A DNA stretch of 59,204 nucleotides, filler included, from Sphacelaria rigidula (GCA_964200075.2; 7 parts of 7 records of this genome joined end to end with filler, not necessarily neighbours in it), one strand, 5' to 3'; shown: positions 11,251 to 25,141, numbered from the whole stretch's first letter. Program-made: numbers and translations. Notes: generated by a model not told the origin, from the sequence alone.

Positions 11251-12263
11251 CCCTTTTGGGACCGACGGCGAGCCGAAAATTATCGACCAGGCCCGGACAA
11301 CCAGTGCGGGGACTGTTGGCGAGTGTGATGCCACTGCAAAGATCGTGTGGGAGCCCTATCCCTGGCCCGGATAATCTATCCCAGGTTTCCAAGTGCAGGG
11401 CGGTCGAAACTTGGTTATATTATATTACTTGCACTCAGTACAGCGTTCCCGAGTTTTCCGGTGGGTTTTATGGGTAACAATTTTATACTAAAACGTAGTA
11501 ATTATGCTAACACACGGTCGACCGGAAAAACCGGGAAGGAGTGTACATGCTACAATGTGGTCATTTTCACGAGGCACAAAATCCAGATGGGCTGTGGAAA
11601 GACAAGAGGAGCTACAGTCATGAATTCTGCGTATCCCTCTGCCGATGGCTTGCAGTGTGCAGTCCACATGCATGTAGTGGACGGGGATGACAAAGCTGTA
11701 TATAGGTGGCTGATTTCGGTAGCTGAGAACTGCCAAGAACGTGCAAGGGAGTATGCAGCGGCAGCTGCTGCTTCAGTTGGAGAGGCGCACTACACTGTAC
11801 TGTACTGTACTGTACTGTACTTTACTGTACTGTACTGTGCTGTACTGTACTGTACTATTATATACTGCTGTATGCATGCGCGCCGCAACGCTGATACCCT
11901 TCGAAGAGAATTTGCTGCATGCAACAGGGGGGAAATGGCGGCCCACCCCGACCACCAAGGGCTGTGTGGCAAGGTGGTGGGGACAAAAATGTCATCCAAA
12001 GCCACAAGTGGCGGGCGACTCGCCGGTCGCCGCATCTTGTTGGGAGCTCTTTACCACGACCCATACTGCTTGCTACATCAGATGTACACTACGTATTGCG
12101 CACCCTGCACCTTAAATAGATTGGATGAAACTTTTGGTCGTCTTCATAACCCTGCGGTTACATACGCGGAGTTTCAGCAACACGCCACTGTTTCGTGCAG
12201 ACGCCAGACACGTCATTCCTGACCAGCCTCATTGGTCGTTGTGGAGGCCCGGTCCCAAAAGGG
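11251..12263. mobile_element. Complete non-autonomous piggyBac-like element (1013 bp)
   Basis: Perfect 14-bp TIR CCCTTTTGGGACCG / CGGTCCCAAAAGGG; flanked by TGAA and TTAA; internal (CTGTA)n microsatellite at ~11795-11855. Confidence 0.88.
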
Positions 12264-12759
12264 TTAAGGGAACTCCAATTGTCCGTCCGTCACACGAGTC
12301 AAATCCCGCATAATGCAACTTCAGCTTACAGTAGCGTAGAGTTAGGTTGTGTCCTGACCCTTTAGCCGCCAGCTCCGTTTTGGAATGGTATCACCCGCTG
12401 ACAACCCCGATCTTGAAAGGAGGGAGGCGTGCTTTCTTGGGAGGAGGGGGGAAGTTGCAGGTTCCCAGATTAAGCTTAGAAGCAGTAGCAGGCGTCCACT
12501 GCTGATGAAGTTTGTACCCGATAAAATACGGCGAAGAGCCAAAAATGTGCACTAGGCATGACTCAAGACCTGCCAGGGGTTTGTTCTCGTGGACTACTTT
12601 GCATGCAATTGCGCAGACTCCCCCCCCCGTTCATGTCAACACGCGGGCTGCCGCTTGAGAATACTAATATCGAGCCCAAATCAAAACACAGGCGATATCA
12701 GTCGATGGCGGGGGGAGAGGGTGTTTGCAGTAAAAAATATATATGTCATTCGCTGAATG

Positions 12760-13170
12760 AACCCCTCTTGGTCTTGATTTAGTCCACGATTTCCCACAGG
12801 AATACTCCTGGAAACTGTGTTATGATTATATCAAGGTTTAGGTATTTTTACTCCAGGGGCATTTGTACGCAGCGATCAGGTCGTGGATGTTCGCATCAGC
12901 TCACTTGACACACTCACTGGCGAATGACGTTTAATTCGCTCTCAGGGGTTGACAGTGGTTGCCGGGAAAATGGTAAGATATATTGTCAAGAAGCACGATC
13001 ATTGACCGTCTCCATCGAGATGAAACGCCATGTGCAGCGAATAGCGATGTTTTTCTCGCTGCTAGTTCAACACACTGCAATCCTGGTTGTGCTAATGAAA
13101 TCAAAATCCAGCTGAGCATGTCCTTGTTCAAAGCGGCAGACTCGAGAGAGCCTGTTCTGCTGTAAATGTC
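12760..13170 (-). pseudogene. Possible degraded Tc1/IS630-type DDE transposase remnant
   Basis: RRSMIVLLDNISYH resembles the (V/L)xDNASYH motif; downstream frames are broken. Confidence 0.25.
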
Positions 13171-14044
13171 GTGGGTGGTTCCGACAGAGCAAAGGCTACA
13201 TCAGAATAAATTTGTAACTGTATAGTGCTGAAACTCTATTTTCGCGGTGGCGTCGGCCATATAATCTCCAGCAGAAGATCTGACACTTTTGTGCGATCGG
13301 CTTCCGATCGTTGATTATTGGGCTTGACAGTAGTCAGGAGCCTCCCGTAGCAGTCAGAACCGATGCACTATAGTACGGTCTTTCGCACAGAAAAGGTGTG
13401 AGGGTTAGCCAGAGATTGCGCTAACATACGACCGACTGACCACGTGTTTCATGGTAATATGGTGTAGAATGGTGTAAAATATATAGATGCGAGTTGCGCT
13501 CGAATGGATTCCCTGTGGGATCCCCAAGGGCTTTGGAATGAGACGCAAGTTTTTCGTGCCCGATTCGTGCGTGTGATACCTCCGCCTTTCATGAGCGGTA
13601 CAGTTTACCCCAGTCCGCCTCCAAACTATCCGTGGTAGATATTACAATACTCAATTTAAGTCTGAACACCAATACTCGTATTCGAATCTTCAGTGCGGTT
13701 CCCGAATGTTCCGACGAGCCGGGTTGGCCAAGGTTCCGTCGCCACACGTCATGGGTCATGCGCGTCGCATTTTTTCGAATTTCGCGGTGAAGTTTTGTCA
13801 CCAGAGATACAACATATGAGCCTACCCTGTCCCCGCGATCTTTTTTTTTTTTGTTTACCGCAACTTCGGGCGATGCAAACTTTTCGGCTGTCTTTGGCTC
13901 CCTTGAATTGAATGAAAAAAAGTGGGGGGGGGAAAGGTTAATCTCGAGGAAAGGGTAGGCCTGTGTGTTGTTTCTCTGGTTAAAACATTACGTCCCGAAG
14001 TTCGAGAAATTGCACCGCGTATGGTCATTTTTGCGTGATCATAC

Positions 14045-14116
14045 GAGCGGCAGCTCTAATGGTCAGACTCTCGCCGTTACAGAGGAGAGAATGTGGGTTC
14101 GATCCCCGCCAGGTAC
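14045..14116 (+). other. tRNA-like sequence (pseudo-tRNA or SINE head)
   Basis: A-box-like agctctaatggtcaga and B-box-like gggttcgatcccc at tRNA spacing; acceptor stem does not pair well. Confidence 0.35.
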
Positions 14117-14649
14117 TCATCTCTTCTTTGAAATACCTGTATGGATTTTTGTATGAACACCCTCACGTACACCAAGAGCTGTCGAAGCACACGCATAGCG
14201 ATCTTCCGATCACAGGGATATGTTCACCTCGCGTACGTCGCCGCGGTTCTCGAGATCCGTTCGGTGAAATGTTCTTTAGGTTGTAGGCCGGCCCAGCTCG
14301 TAGCGTGCCCATAACGCGTTTTTTTTTGTCTATGTCGGCGCCGCAGGCGCCGACTTGAGGTCTGCCGACGCACACTTTGTCTAGAGCACCCTTTGCACCG
14401 CCCTTGCCCGAGGGTTCTCGTTATGCCTTGGGTTGTGGTTCCGGTAAGGGTTGAGGTCAGCGTTATTTTAATAACGTGTCAACCATAGATTACTCCAAGG
14501 CGAACTGAGATATGCCCACCTCTTCATGGTGCACACGATCCGGATTCGTCCAACCAGTCCTTTCGGGTGTCCTGTCCTGTCCTTACCTGTAAACGTTACT
14601 CCTGTTTTCTGGTGGGTGTACGTGCGATGCTGACGTCTCGAACGAACAG

Positions 14650-14787
14650 GGTTTCGCGGAGACATACCCGCACAACCCCAAGGTAGTGGCTGACATGACC
14701 TCCCTGCATCACATTCACGAGGCGGGGATATTGCACAACTTGGGAGAGAGGGCCAAGATCAGGAATCAAAGACCCTACACTTTCATG
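14650..14787 (+). CDS. Myosin heavy chain, motor-domain exon
   Basis: AG|GFAETYPHNPKVVADMTSLHHIHEAGILHNLGERAKIRNQRPYTFM|GTGAGT; matches the myosin DMTxLxxLHEAxILHNL...PYT motif. Confidence 0.93.
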
Positions 14788-15141
14788 GTGAGTGACGGAT
14801 ACGATTCCGTGTATCCTGTTTTATTGGTCAAGAAGTTCCACAACTGAGAGGTATGGCACACCTCGTGTCCGACTGAAAATGTTCTTGTTTTCTTCGTAAG
14901 ATATGAACCTGGGGTATATGATGGCGTTTGTCCTCTGCTGTTATATCCGTACGTGTCGGCCTGGCATGCTCAACATATAAAAGCTTGACCTTTGAAGAAA
15001 TTCAGAACAACAAATGCACTCAGCGCGTGGAAAGCGATTTACTGTAAGCAAGGCCTCTTGGAATAGTATGCTCTAAGCCTCATGTACACAATAGTTTTCC
15101 TCCGCCCTTTCCTCGTGCACTCACTACGACGCGCCGTACAG

Positions 15142-15255
15142 GGGACCATTCTCATCGCAGTTAACCCGCTGCAGAGGGTGCCTGACCCGGAGATGAGTGA
15201 ATACATGGACAAATCGCTCAACCCGGAAGGCCCGCATCCGTACGCCATCGCTGAG
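15142..15255 (+). CDS. Myosin heavy chain, motor-domain exon
   Basis: AG|GTILIAVNPLQRVPDPEMSEYMDKSLNPEGPHPYAIAE|GT; ILIAVNP and PHxYAIA motifs; phase 0/0. Confidence 0.95.
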
Positions 15256-16086
15256 GTGGGTCATGATTCTTGTCATACACCCTGTATATACTCTTCTTTT
15301 TCAATACGGGCATACGGAATATACGCAGAAAGAGTGATGCTTCTGTAGGTCAGGGGATTGATTATATTTGCTCTTTTTTCTATCCTAGTGCCAACACGAC
15401 GAAAGTAGACATGTCCGTTGCTCGTACGGGACAATGCGAATACGCAGAAGGCGCCGTAGTGAGTTCTTCAACCGTGTACAATGTGCTTGGTATGAAGCAC
15501 AGCCAGCTGTGTTTCCATCGAGGTACCTCCTTGCAACGTGTTCAGGCGAGTGGTGATTCATCATCGAACGCTTTTCTTTGGACACTCGCTGCTTGGAAAA
15601 CTGAAAGCTCGGCCCGTCTACGATAGCTTTCTCCTAGATCATTTTTTCCTCCTGGAGTGTCTGCATCAGGCGAGTGTTTCCAATCTACCTCGCGCAGAAC
15701 ACGCAGACGTAGCTGTGGATGCCGCTCTTACAGGTCGTTTACGTCGACTCTCACGCGTCCGGACAATCGAACCATCTTATGATGAACTATTCTCGTGCTG
15801 CGGTGCTGTGGTTCTCGTGGTGGGTTGGCCCTCCCGCACAGGAAGATATATCCGTCGTTTGGGGTAGACTCATGTAGTGTTGCCGATGTGGACGTCCAAG
15901 ACTAGGCGCGTGATTCTCCCTCATGCTCGTTTTCTCGTGCTACCCATCCACCTTTCATGTGCACATCTTGCTGGTGTTTTTTTTTTCCGTTGTTGGCGCG
16001 GGCGCTGGGTGGGTGGTTCATGGACGTGAAAACTGCAACGCTGCTCCGCGCCATATGGACGCTCATGATTTGGTCGACATGTGCAG

Positions 16087-16199
16087 CTATCCTACCACCA
16101 AATGCGCCTTGGGGCAGGCCGTAGGGAGGCGAATCAGTCGATTGTGGTGTCGGGAGAGTCGGGTGCTGGGAAGACGGAAACGTCCAAGATTATTCTCAG
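16087..16199 (+). CDS. Myosin heavy chain, P-loop exon (gene truncated by contig end)
   Basis: AG|LSYHQMRLGAGRREANQSIVVSGESGAGKTETSKIIL..|GT; canonical NQSIxxSGESGAGKT. Confidence 0.96.
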
Positions 16200-16844
16200 G
16201 TTTGCCCATTTTCGAAACTGAGTGACACCACGCAGGTGTGGGGAGGTGAGGGAGGGGGTTCGATGGCTTCCTGCACAGGACCGTGATTTGAACCCTGGTT
16301 CGTTTGACCACTCTCGTACCTACCCCTCATTCTGTTGAGGGGGGTTCATAGTTTTTTTTTTCCCGTCATACTTTCAACCGTTCAACTTTGTCGGGAAGAG
16401 TCTGTACTATTACTAGTATTACATGTGCTTGTGTGTCGGTAAAAACGTTGTCAAACGATGTTCATAGCTTGTGTTGACTTGATCCGAAGAGCATTCGAGT
16501 AAGCTTTCCTGCTTGCAGCGATACGTCGTACTTAATGGAGTCCATGGTTGCTGTTTCGTGCAAGACGTGGCTTAACCCCTCCCCCGTCCACCTCTTCAAC
16601 TCTAGAATCACTTAACTGCTTTGTGTGTTCGGGGGTGGTCACCGTAGAGTAGTGTGCGCTTGCGAGCATGGCATGAGGACGGGTGAGCCGCCTGATTCCT
16701 GCCTTGGGATTTCAATCCGATGCCGGGCGGGGAGATTTGCGGATCACGTGACACGCCGCGGTGGCATGAATTAAATGCTACACAATAAGCCACTTCGGGC
16801 GGAAGGTTACACGGTTAGGACAAATCATCACGACTCAAAATCAC

Positions 16845-16944
16845 NNNNNNNNNNNNNNNNNNNNNNNNNNNNNNNNNNNNNNNNNNNNTTAATTAATTAA
16901 NNNNNNNNNNNNNNNNNNNNNNNNNNNNNNNNNNNNNNNNNNNN
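16845..16944. other. Artificial contig linker
   Basis: N44-TTAATTAATTAA-N44. Confidence 0.99.
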
Positions 16945-18049
16945 AGCCACAGCTTTTACACTGCCTCATGGGTGTCTAACCAACGGAGAGAGGGGGGGGA
17001 GCTATGTATCCGAAATTCTTCTTCCGACAGACCCCTGACTGGTACCCGACAATGGCAATTTTGACGGCTACCATGGCTGGGACGAGTACTATTTTACCAG
17101 TATCATGTCTTTGACGGGTACCAGTTGCAACAATATACTTGTACAGGTTGTATACAATTTCGACCTCAGTTTGTTGTTCCCGTGAAACATTCTCGTTCTC
17201 ATTTTCCAGGATCCCGGGTTATCGCTGTTCAAAACCAAAATTGTGTTGGTATATTCAGTAGTGAAGACGTCACGGGGCGAGCTCATGCAGACGGACTGAC
17301 TCCCAACTAAACGCGGGGTGGGCTGAAGTCGTGAAATACACACACAACGCGTATGGAACGGCTGCGGCGTGCTCGTTCTCCTCACAAACACCTGCTTTCC
17401 AAGGGGAAGCTCGTGACATAGAGAGTTGAGGCAGGGGGGTCTACTTCGGTCGGCTTTTGCGTTTCGAACACACGCGGTGGGAGATGCTCGACTTGACGAG
17501 ATGCCACGCCGTAATTGTGTGTCCGGCTTGACCCCGTCCGTTGCTGTCCTTCGAGGTCAATATTGCGGAGTATGGGTTGTGCGCGGAGTTTCAATCTCAT
17601 TTCACACTCCGATTGGGTGACATGGTCACATTAATCGTTAACTCTACCCATCACTGCAACATGTCGAGAATGGATCGTGGAAAACCGCCACATGACACAG
17701 AATGCGACAGAAAGCCGGGCATATGACGAAACAAGAGCTGCAGCTAGCTACTGCGTGACCAAGATTATACCCGAAAGTCGAGCGGGTCCTAGGGTGAAGG
17801 TAGGACTCCCAGTACATCCAAATCCATCGATGCAAAGACAAGACGATCTCGGGATACGTGTGAGAGAGTCTCGTCAATGTCCGCAGGCCTGTAGACGAGA
17901 TACCCCCAATTGACCCGCTTAATTATGATAAAGCTGCAGTAGTGGCCGAAGGAGGGCATTGTGCGACTTCGATCACTATTTTGGTGTCTGCGTTCTCTGC
18001 ACAACCGCCTCAACGTGCGGCACATCGCACACCACGTCATTATGCGGCG

Positions 18050-20210
18050 CACAGCTTACGGAATATACCGGAGGTATTTTGAGGCATTCCGCGGTGGTAA
18101 GACGTTAACAAGCGTTGTGGGTGTGTTGGTCATGTCTCCGTGGAATATGTATTAGACTGGTGGACACTGGGCTGCGGCATTTCGAATTTCAGGTACCGGG
18201 AGGCTGTTAGTCATGGATCGCAGCCATCTAAAAGTCAGTTTAGTATACATCAAGATCGAGCCTGCCGGTGCCTACCGAATAACTTCAAGCGGCATCCGCA
18301 ACCACGTTCTTGTTTCGACCTGAACAGCTTTGGCACAGCCCCGTTGAATGGGTGGGGAATTTCAAGAAAGTTTCCCGAAAATGAGGTGAAGGCTTTTCGA
18401 TGAGGTCAACCCTGAAGTAGCGCTTTCCCTGACCTAAACCTCCTTTTTCCTAGTGACTTGTTCGTTGATCTTATGCCTCTTGATTGTGTAGGTACTTCTC
18501 TACTGGAGCCACTTTCACCGAACGCCTGCAAACGCTGAGCGAAAGTGTCATCATTTTGCCTCGATTTCGGGGTAATGGATCAGATAGCAAAAGGGCACTT
18601 CCGCTCAGGGCCGTGAGCGTACAGCTGAGGAAGTATTCACACCATCAAAGGACGTCAGGTCGACGAAAAAGGCGCTATTCCGAGCATAGCATGATCGAAA
18701 AGTTCGATCTTCATCGTATATCATAGGAAAAATAAACTCTCTTTTTTTGATTTTTCTTGGGTAACAGTTTTTGCAGCTGTCGTTTCTCTTCGCACCAGGG
18801 GTTTTGTCTCATGTGTGTTTTGGTATTGATCTATTTTCCCAGATGTTGCAATTATGGGTAGGAAAGTACGCGAAAATGACCCGTGCTGCCTAACCTTGTG
18901 TGACACGAGATGTCGAATTCGCGCACACCCGATAGGCTGCAACGCCGGCCTCATTGTTGAACAGTTGAGCTTGCCGAGCCTGACTGACAGAGGTTCACGA
19001 CCTTGAAAATATGTCGGCCACCTCCCGACGCGTATGTGGGTTGCTGCACTCTCATTGGCCAAACACTGAAACTCGAGGAAACTCGAGAAATTGGGGTTCT
19101 TGCTCATCTGGCCAAGTGGTGGTCATCTATGTTTATTACACTACATCCTGCACAAACAATAGCGGGAGGTCAACATGCCAGATTCTCGCGACGGTTGGCC
19201 TCGGGTGACCAAAGGATTGAGGATTTCTCTCCCGCCTCACTCCTGTAGAATGGAGTCAGTGATTCGTCATGTCAGCCAACGTTGTCGCTACACGAGGAAG
19301 CCTCGAGGGAAGGACGACCGGTGAACGATTCCCATGCTTCAGAGAAGTAACGATATGTAGTATATAAAAAAAACGCCGACCGACTCAACAGCAGATCACC
19401 CACAAAAAATGACCATCTTGAGCGTCGTGATGAAGGCTCTGTGAATGTACTAAGCACTAATTTTGACGTGCTTTTTCCACGTGTCCATGTTCCTAAATCG
19501 GTCATTACATGGTTATGCGAGACTTCCACCTTTGCCATCCGATTCGAACACCATAATGTGAGGCTTGCGCTAGGATCAGGTTTGTCCACGTGGGATGTTC
19601 ACGTACGTATGCCGTTCGCTCCAGAGGCAGTCATTTGACGCTCGTTCCCCTCTAGAAAGTGTTCATCCAAGATTACTTGTGACACAGCCGATCATACATA
19701 TTCTGAGTGATCACGTGTGTTGCCGTACCGACTGCGTCTAACGATTCCGGCGTTCGAATGATCGAAATGTCGGCCAGCATGCAGTCTCGGAACACTCCCC
19801 CATGTACCACAGCAATATTCCTCGTCTCGAGCCACCACGTTTTGGGAAATCGCCTCTCTCGTGCCGTGAGTAATACCAACCTGACATGGTGCTTAATGCT
19901 GTTCGTGGCCTTGAATTTCTGAGAAGTTGCTATCGGATTATACTTCTGAGGTCACGGGCGCTCACCCGTCCTGGGCAAGGTAAACAAACGTTCGTTGGTT
20001 GATAAAATCGGGTTTTGGAAGGCTTTCCCGTTTAAGTGCTGTGATCGCACTGCAATCTCCGCGTCCTTGTTGTGCATTTTTCTCAAAATCAACATCAACG
20101 GGAAGTGGTTGCCAGGGTAAAGAGTGTGTAAGTTGCACGTTGAGTGTTGAATTGATGCGAGGGCATGCCCACCGGTGCGCCTTACCCTCTCATCCCAGAC
20201 ACAACAAAAT
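18050..20210 (-). mobile_element. Highly degraded Ty1/copia-like polyprotein remnant
   Basis: Eroded motifs in copia order on the minus strand: zinc-knuckle-like CLG*EGKAHRWACP (~20160-20200), KNPNFSSFLEFQCLA resembling KPNLSHLRVFGC (~19060-19100), AYRV, and an RNaseH-end-like stretch (~18100-18150). Confidence 0.35.
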
Positions 20211-22124
20211 TATTTCCTCAATACCTGAAATGTGTCTGATGAAAAGGAGCCACCTGAAAATGGGAGCTAGTCAGTCAGGAATGACGGGGAGAGAGGGGTG
20301 GGGGAGGGCGGTAGTCGTACACGTATACCACTGAATTACGGTAGTGGTTTCTAAAACTTCCATCGCCAGTATTCAAGTTGTCTCTTATTAATAGTCGGAA
20401 AATAGCAGCCTTGCTCTGTAGCCGTACACGAAGCAGGCGCTCACTGGATGATACCGTATACATTTTACCGGGCATATTATTTTTACGCTGTATAAACACT
20501 CAAAACATGTACTGTTCGACAAACAGCAAGCGTGATTTAACTTACGCACAAGGGTTTCCCTCGTGATGGGCACATTAACACGTTGCCAGACCATTTTATG
20601 CGTCTATTCAACAGCTTGCGTAATTGATACGGTGTAGTCACGCACATATGGCGAAACAAACCGAATTCGTTCGATTCTAAAGTGCGCGTGACTGGCTGTT
20701 TTTCACGTGTCCGGACTTGTTGACGCAGGTTTTTCTTGCCCGTTTAATTTCCTAAAGCGGTTCAGAGATGGCCGTGTGACACTTCTGCTCTTGCCGCTGG
20801 CTTCAACAATGGCCATGTACGATTTGTACCCGCTTCACAGATGGTCATGTGAGAGTTGGCCATGTACATGAAAACACTTGGCATGAAGCAAGCCGCGAAT
20901 TCATGTGGTGGTAATCAATTTGCTTTCCATCTCCTGCGATGTACAGAATACACCAGCATCGCAAATTGTCAGGCTTCGCCACTCATTGCACATGCTTCCG
21001 TCCTACAGAACAGTGCTTTATTCGGGAGGGTAGCTCGAGTGCAAGAAATTAGGGTATCCATCGATTGGAACTCAGAACACCTAGCCCCCTCTCTGAGGAG
21101 TTGGCGAAATTTCCACAGAATATCCTCTATGGGTTTACTCCAAATTGAAATCAAGTGGTTTTTGGAACGCTCAAGTGGGTCATAACTCAGCTCAAGAATC
21201 AGCTGAAGCGCAAGCACTGTACCGTGAAATACTGTAGTTCGTGACACGTAACTGAGATCATGTGTATGAAATATCAAGGCAGATGATAGATACCTTTTGC
21301 TAGAGCCGAGCAAGATATTATGGCACTAAACGTGGGCACGTACTTGATACTTTGTTGATATCGACCACTTTTTTACAACCGCTAGATTATTCATTCCGTA
21401 GTAATTGTGAATGTCATCCTAAACCCGAAGTGTTTTCTAGGTAGGGTAACAATCCTGGAAGAATCACTTCACGTATTGAGGGGCACTCAACATTTTCTGG
21501 GAAAGAAGAACCCGGGAATAAATCGAATATGTCGCCTGTCACCCCCGTATATATAGTCCGAACCGATCCTCCTGCTCCAGGGGGTGAGTAAAGATATCAA
21601 GGCTGCGAAATGCTTTGCTGCGTTTCCAACGAGGTGGAGACATGAAAACCTACGAGTGTTTTCCCACTATGGTGGTTTACAGAGACCTTCGAAGTCACAC
21701 AAACTACAATCACTGCGTAAAATACCACAATCACTGTGTAGTACATTGAAACAAACATCATTCCGCACGAGATTAAAAGCAAACTAAAGCTTTTACGTGG
21801 CCAAGTCGCAACACGACAGCATACCGTGGCGTTATCCCAGCCCGACAGCACGGTATCATGACCCGTTAAGTAGCCGTGGGGCATCGTGTAACAGTATTAC
21901 AGGCAGCACGTAGCTCCGAACACCTTCCCTGCCCTACCTTTCAAACCCTATTCGTAACTGCAGCCGTGTATCCGATGCGTCCTACATACTTTACCACCAC
22001 CTGAACTTACGTGATACCATCCTCCCGTCCCCTGCGCTGCCCTTGAGGCGTAGCATATATGCTTCCTATTTAGGGTTATTCTCCCGCGGTGCCGCTCAAA
22101 TATCTGCCGCCCAAGTATATGCCA

Positions 22125-22221
22125 ATGGAAGGATCGAGGATGATGCCCGTTCAATGCGCGCGCTACGCGTGGTTGGTGGTGATGTCGGTATTCCTCTACA
22201 CTGGCAGCTCAGCCGGTGAAG
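22125..22221 (+). CDS. Putative first exon (signal-peptide-like) of an unknown secreted protein
   Basis: MEGSRMMPVQCARYAWLVVMSVFLYTGSSAGE with phase-1 GT donors at 22216 or 22222, compatible with the exon at 22643. Confidence 0.4.
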
Positions 22222-22642
22222 GTGTGTTCGACGTCATTGGGGAAGGCTACACTTACACCACGTGTTCGATGCCGTGCCCATCGTTGCGTCCTTCACCATA
22301 CGCCTGCATGCATTGCAGCAAACGTCGAAGTACCGCCGAGTAACCGTTGGAGTGTCACTATCCTCTTCACCCATGCTCCAGGTCGGAAGCTGTTGTCACA
22401 ACATTTGCGTTCGGGCGGGTGCTATGGTATGTCACGCATGCAATAAACCTTCCAACGTGATGTTGTCGGTTTGCATTTGGATAGGGAGCTGTGCAGAGCA
22501 ATTTTGCGAGCTTATTTGCACAGCGAAACGTGGAGATCTCCGCATGCAAAATCGCTGCCCCCCCCCCCCCCCCCGCCCCCTCCACCTTCCCGCCCGCTGG
22601 TACATGCTACATTTCTTCTCCCTGATTTGGTGGACCATTCAG

Positions 22643-22795
22643 AGTGCGAGGAGATAACCATCAAGGAGGGCGATGACGACATGGGGATCTACACGTACAA
22701 TGGGGATATCAACGGCAGAAGAAGCTACTCCAAAAACGGGAGTGTTGTTTTTCACTCCGCTAGCTTGCCTCAAGGGGTACGAAAGCTCAATGCAA
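22643..22795 (+). CDS. Putative second exon of the same unknown secreted protein
   Basis: CAG acceptor after a C-tract; (E)CEEITIKEGDDDMGIYTYNGDINGRRSYSKNGSVVFHSASLPQG; donor at 22777 or 22796. Confidence 0.45.
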
Positions 22796-22948
22796 GTGAG
22801 GAACTATCACCACGGGACCTTTCACATTCAACAGTAGGCTTCGTGCGCGTTTCAGCGTCTCTGTTCACAGATCCTATGTGTACCCCCGTGTCATCAGCAA
22901 CACCTTCAGTATATCATTGCAGGCTGCCATATATATGCAAGGTAGCCG

Positions 22949-23140
22949 GTACGCTTCGGGTCAAACAATCTTAGCAGGATGCAGCTCACCTTCGTGCGAC
23001 TCGCCGAACACGTTACGGCGTTGCGCGCTTTGTGATTGATTGCGAGCCTGGTCCGGCGAAAACCCGGCGGGCTTTGTCCAGGCCTTGTAGAGATGCGACG
23101 TCAATAGTCTCTTGACTACGGCATGAAATGTCATGAGCAC
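22949..23140. repeat. Dispersed ~190-bp repeat (other copies at 55190-55380 inverted, 57452-57625, 57958-58145)
   Basis: gtacgcttcggg..gcaggatgcagctcacc..gactcgccgaa..ggtccggcgaaaacccggcg.. shared by all four copies. Confidence 0.85.
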
Positions 23141-23319
23141 ACCCTCTATCATCTCGACACGGCCACGTGGACATCGTGCACCCCGTCAAGATATTGTGTG
23201 AGATACGGTACATTTCGATGTTTTCTCCTCCGTGATGTGACACCTAACGCAACTTGGTTCACTGAGAGGATGGCAAGGATTCCATTCCAATGCCACTCTC
23301 ATTCCCAAATTTGACACAG

Positions 23320-24705
23320 TTGCAAGGGTCGGACGAATTGATGATTCGTCTGGAAATTGCTTGATTTTAGTGTAATTGATTCGTACCGCACGAATCAATC
23401 CTTGGGCTTTGTTTTCAGCGTAGCAAGCCAGGTACGCGCAGCCCAGACATGTGGAATGGCGCGAAAGTTGCGTGATGACCCGTTTGACCAGCGGTCGACT
23501 TAGTTCTCTCTTTCGAGCAATCAGGCCTGGGAAATTGTGGATTGGGTTATTCGAACCGACAATGATCCGTCCGAAATGTGCAAAGTTATTGACGTCATGG
23601 AGAAACAGGAGGGAGGCGAAGATTCGAAGGAACTGATTCGTTTTCGTGTTGGAACGTGTTATTGTAACTGCTTGACTCGAGCCTACTATACCTACACTAG
23701 CGAGCATGTAACGATGGCAACAAAGGGTTTGAGCGACGGGAGAAACGAATGACACTCGCAAGTCAGCTTTGCAGAATACTGCTCGTGGCCGGGCGAAACG
23801 TTTCGCGGGATACATTTGTGCTGTACAGTGTCCAATTTGATACAACATTTTGTGTTTCTGCTCACACAAAGCTGAATGGTTCAATGTATCTGTGTGCTAT
23901 TATAAAACGGGATTTACCGGGATCAAGGTTGCGATAATATCAAGTACAAAAAAGTGTCAAGGAAGGAAAACATGTATAGCAGATATGTGGAGCCGTAGGT
24001 GGCTAGTGAACGACAGACCACGAAACACGTGCGCACGCTGAGGTGAGGCGATGGCTGTAAACCCAAAATATTCGACCGAGAAAGCTTTCGGGCCTTCTAG
24101 AAGCGAGCTATCGTGGACAACAAGGTTTTCGTGAAATTGAGAGTAAAGGATACGATTGAGAGTGAAAAACGATCAATTGATTAATTAATAGTTTCAGTTC
24201 CGAAATGCCCCTCAACGAGGCCCAATATGCTTTCTGTAGTAGCTTGCCACTGAGACCCTTGATATCGACGTGTAGCTGTAAGCACACGCCAGTGACGGAG
24301 GCAACTAAAAGCACTACGGACAAAAAAGTTGGCTAAGTCAAAGCGAAATATCAAAGCCACTCTCAATCAGCGCTCTACTCTCAATCTCGCGAAAATGTTG
24401 TTGGACGTGTGATGGCGGGCGAAATCTTTGGTTCCCTTGCATTTTTTCACCGTTAGGACAAATCATCACGACTCAAAATAACCAAATTCACCATTTCTTC
24501 GGCCTGATCGCCCAATACGCAGAAAAAGTTGATCGCTGGTCCAAGGGGTGTCCACGCAACTTTTGCGCCATTCTACGTGTCTGGGCNNNNNNNNNNTGGG
24601 TTGCAACGCTGAAATAAAGCTTAGGGATTGATTCGTCCCGAGTCGACGCATTATACTAAAACCAAGTAATTTACAGATGAATCATTATTTGTCCGACCCT
24701 TGCAA
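23320..24705. mobile_element. Long inverted repeats (~200 bp arms) starting CAAGGGTCGGAC; TIR element or two opposed copies
   Basis: 23320-23530 is the reverse complement of ~24500-24705. The same end occurs at 50833-50952, and internal sequence at 16814-16844. No matching TSD seen. Confidence 0.65.
24050..24420. repeat. Dispersed repeat (other copies at ~47640-47930 inverted, and ~49420-50640 interrupted)
   Basis: ccgaaatgcccctc..tagtagct..ccactga..cccttgatatcgacgtgtagctgtaagcac shared between copies. Confidence 0.75.
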
Positions 24706-24808
24706 TTTTTCCACAGGCACCGCAGGTAAGGTCGGTACCCGGTACCGGTATTTGGGACATCTCATACCCTACCGATGTCAATCCAATCGGGTCTTTTTAG
24801 ATGTCATA

Positions 24809-25141
24809 CACACGCGGCCATTTGGCTACACCCCAAAATGCCTCCGGAGGGATGCGCGGCCCTCCAGGGAGGAAAACAGACCTCCGGAAACCTTCAATCT
24901 CTCTGGAGGAAACCAAGCTCTACCGACCCGGAGAGCCGCGCACCCCTCCGGAGGAATTTGAGGGTACGCGCGGCCCTCCAGAGGCAAAAATAAGCCTCCG
25001 GAGGCGTTTAATCCCTCTGGGAGAAGAAAAACATTTCCTCTGGAGGCCCCTGCACCCCTCCGGAGGCGTTTAATTCCTGTGGGGGTTTGAAACGTTTACC
25101 CACCTGGAGGAATCTTGGAGGTAGCCAAATGGCCGCGTGTG
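24809..25141. mobile_element. Tc1/mariner-type MITE (333 bp)
   Basis: Perfect 21-bp TIR CACACGCGGCCATTTGGCTAC / GTAGCCAAATGGCCGCGTGTG with TA on both sides; internal repeated CCTCCGGAGG palindromes. Confidence 0.92.

Noticed and set aside
11347-12222. 291-aa ORF
   Set aside because: It lies inside a non-autonomous TIR element, includes a translated microsatellite (YCTVL)n, and is not open in the paralogous copy at 7027-7980.
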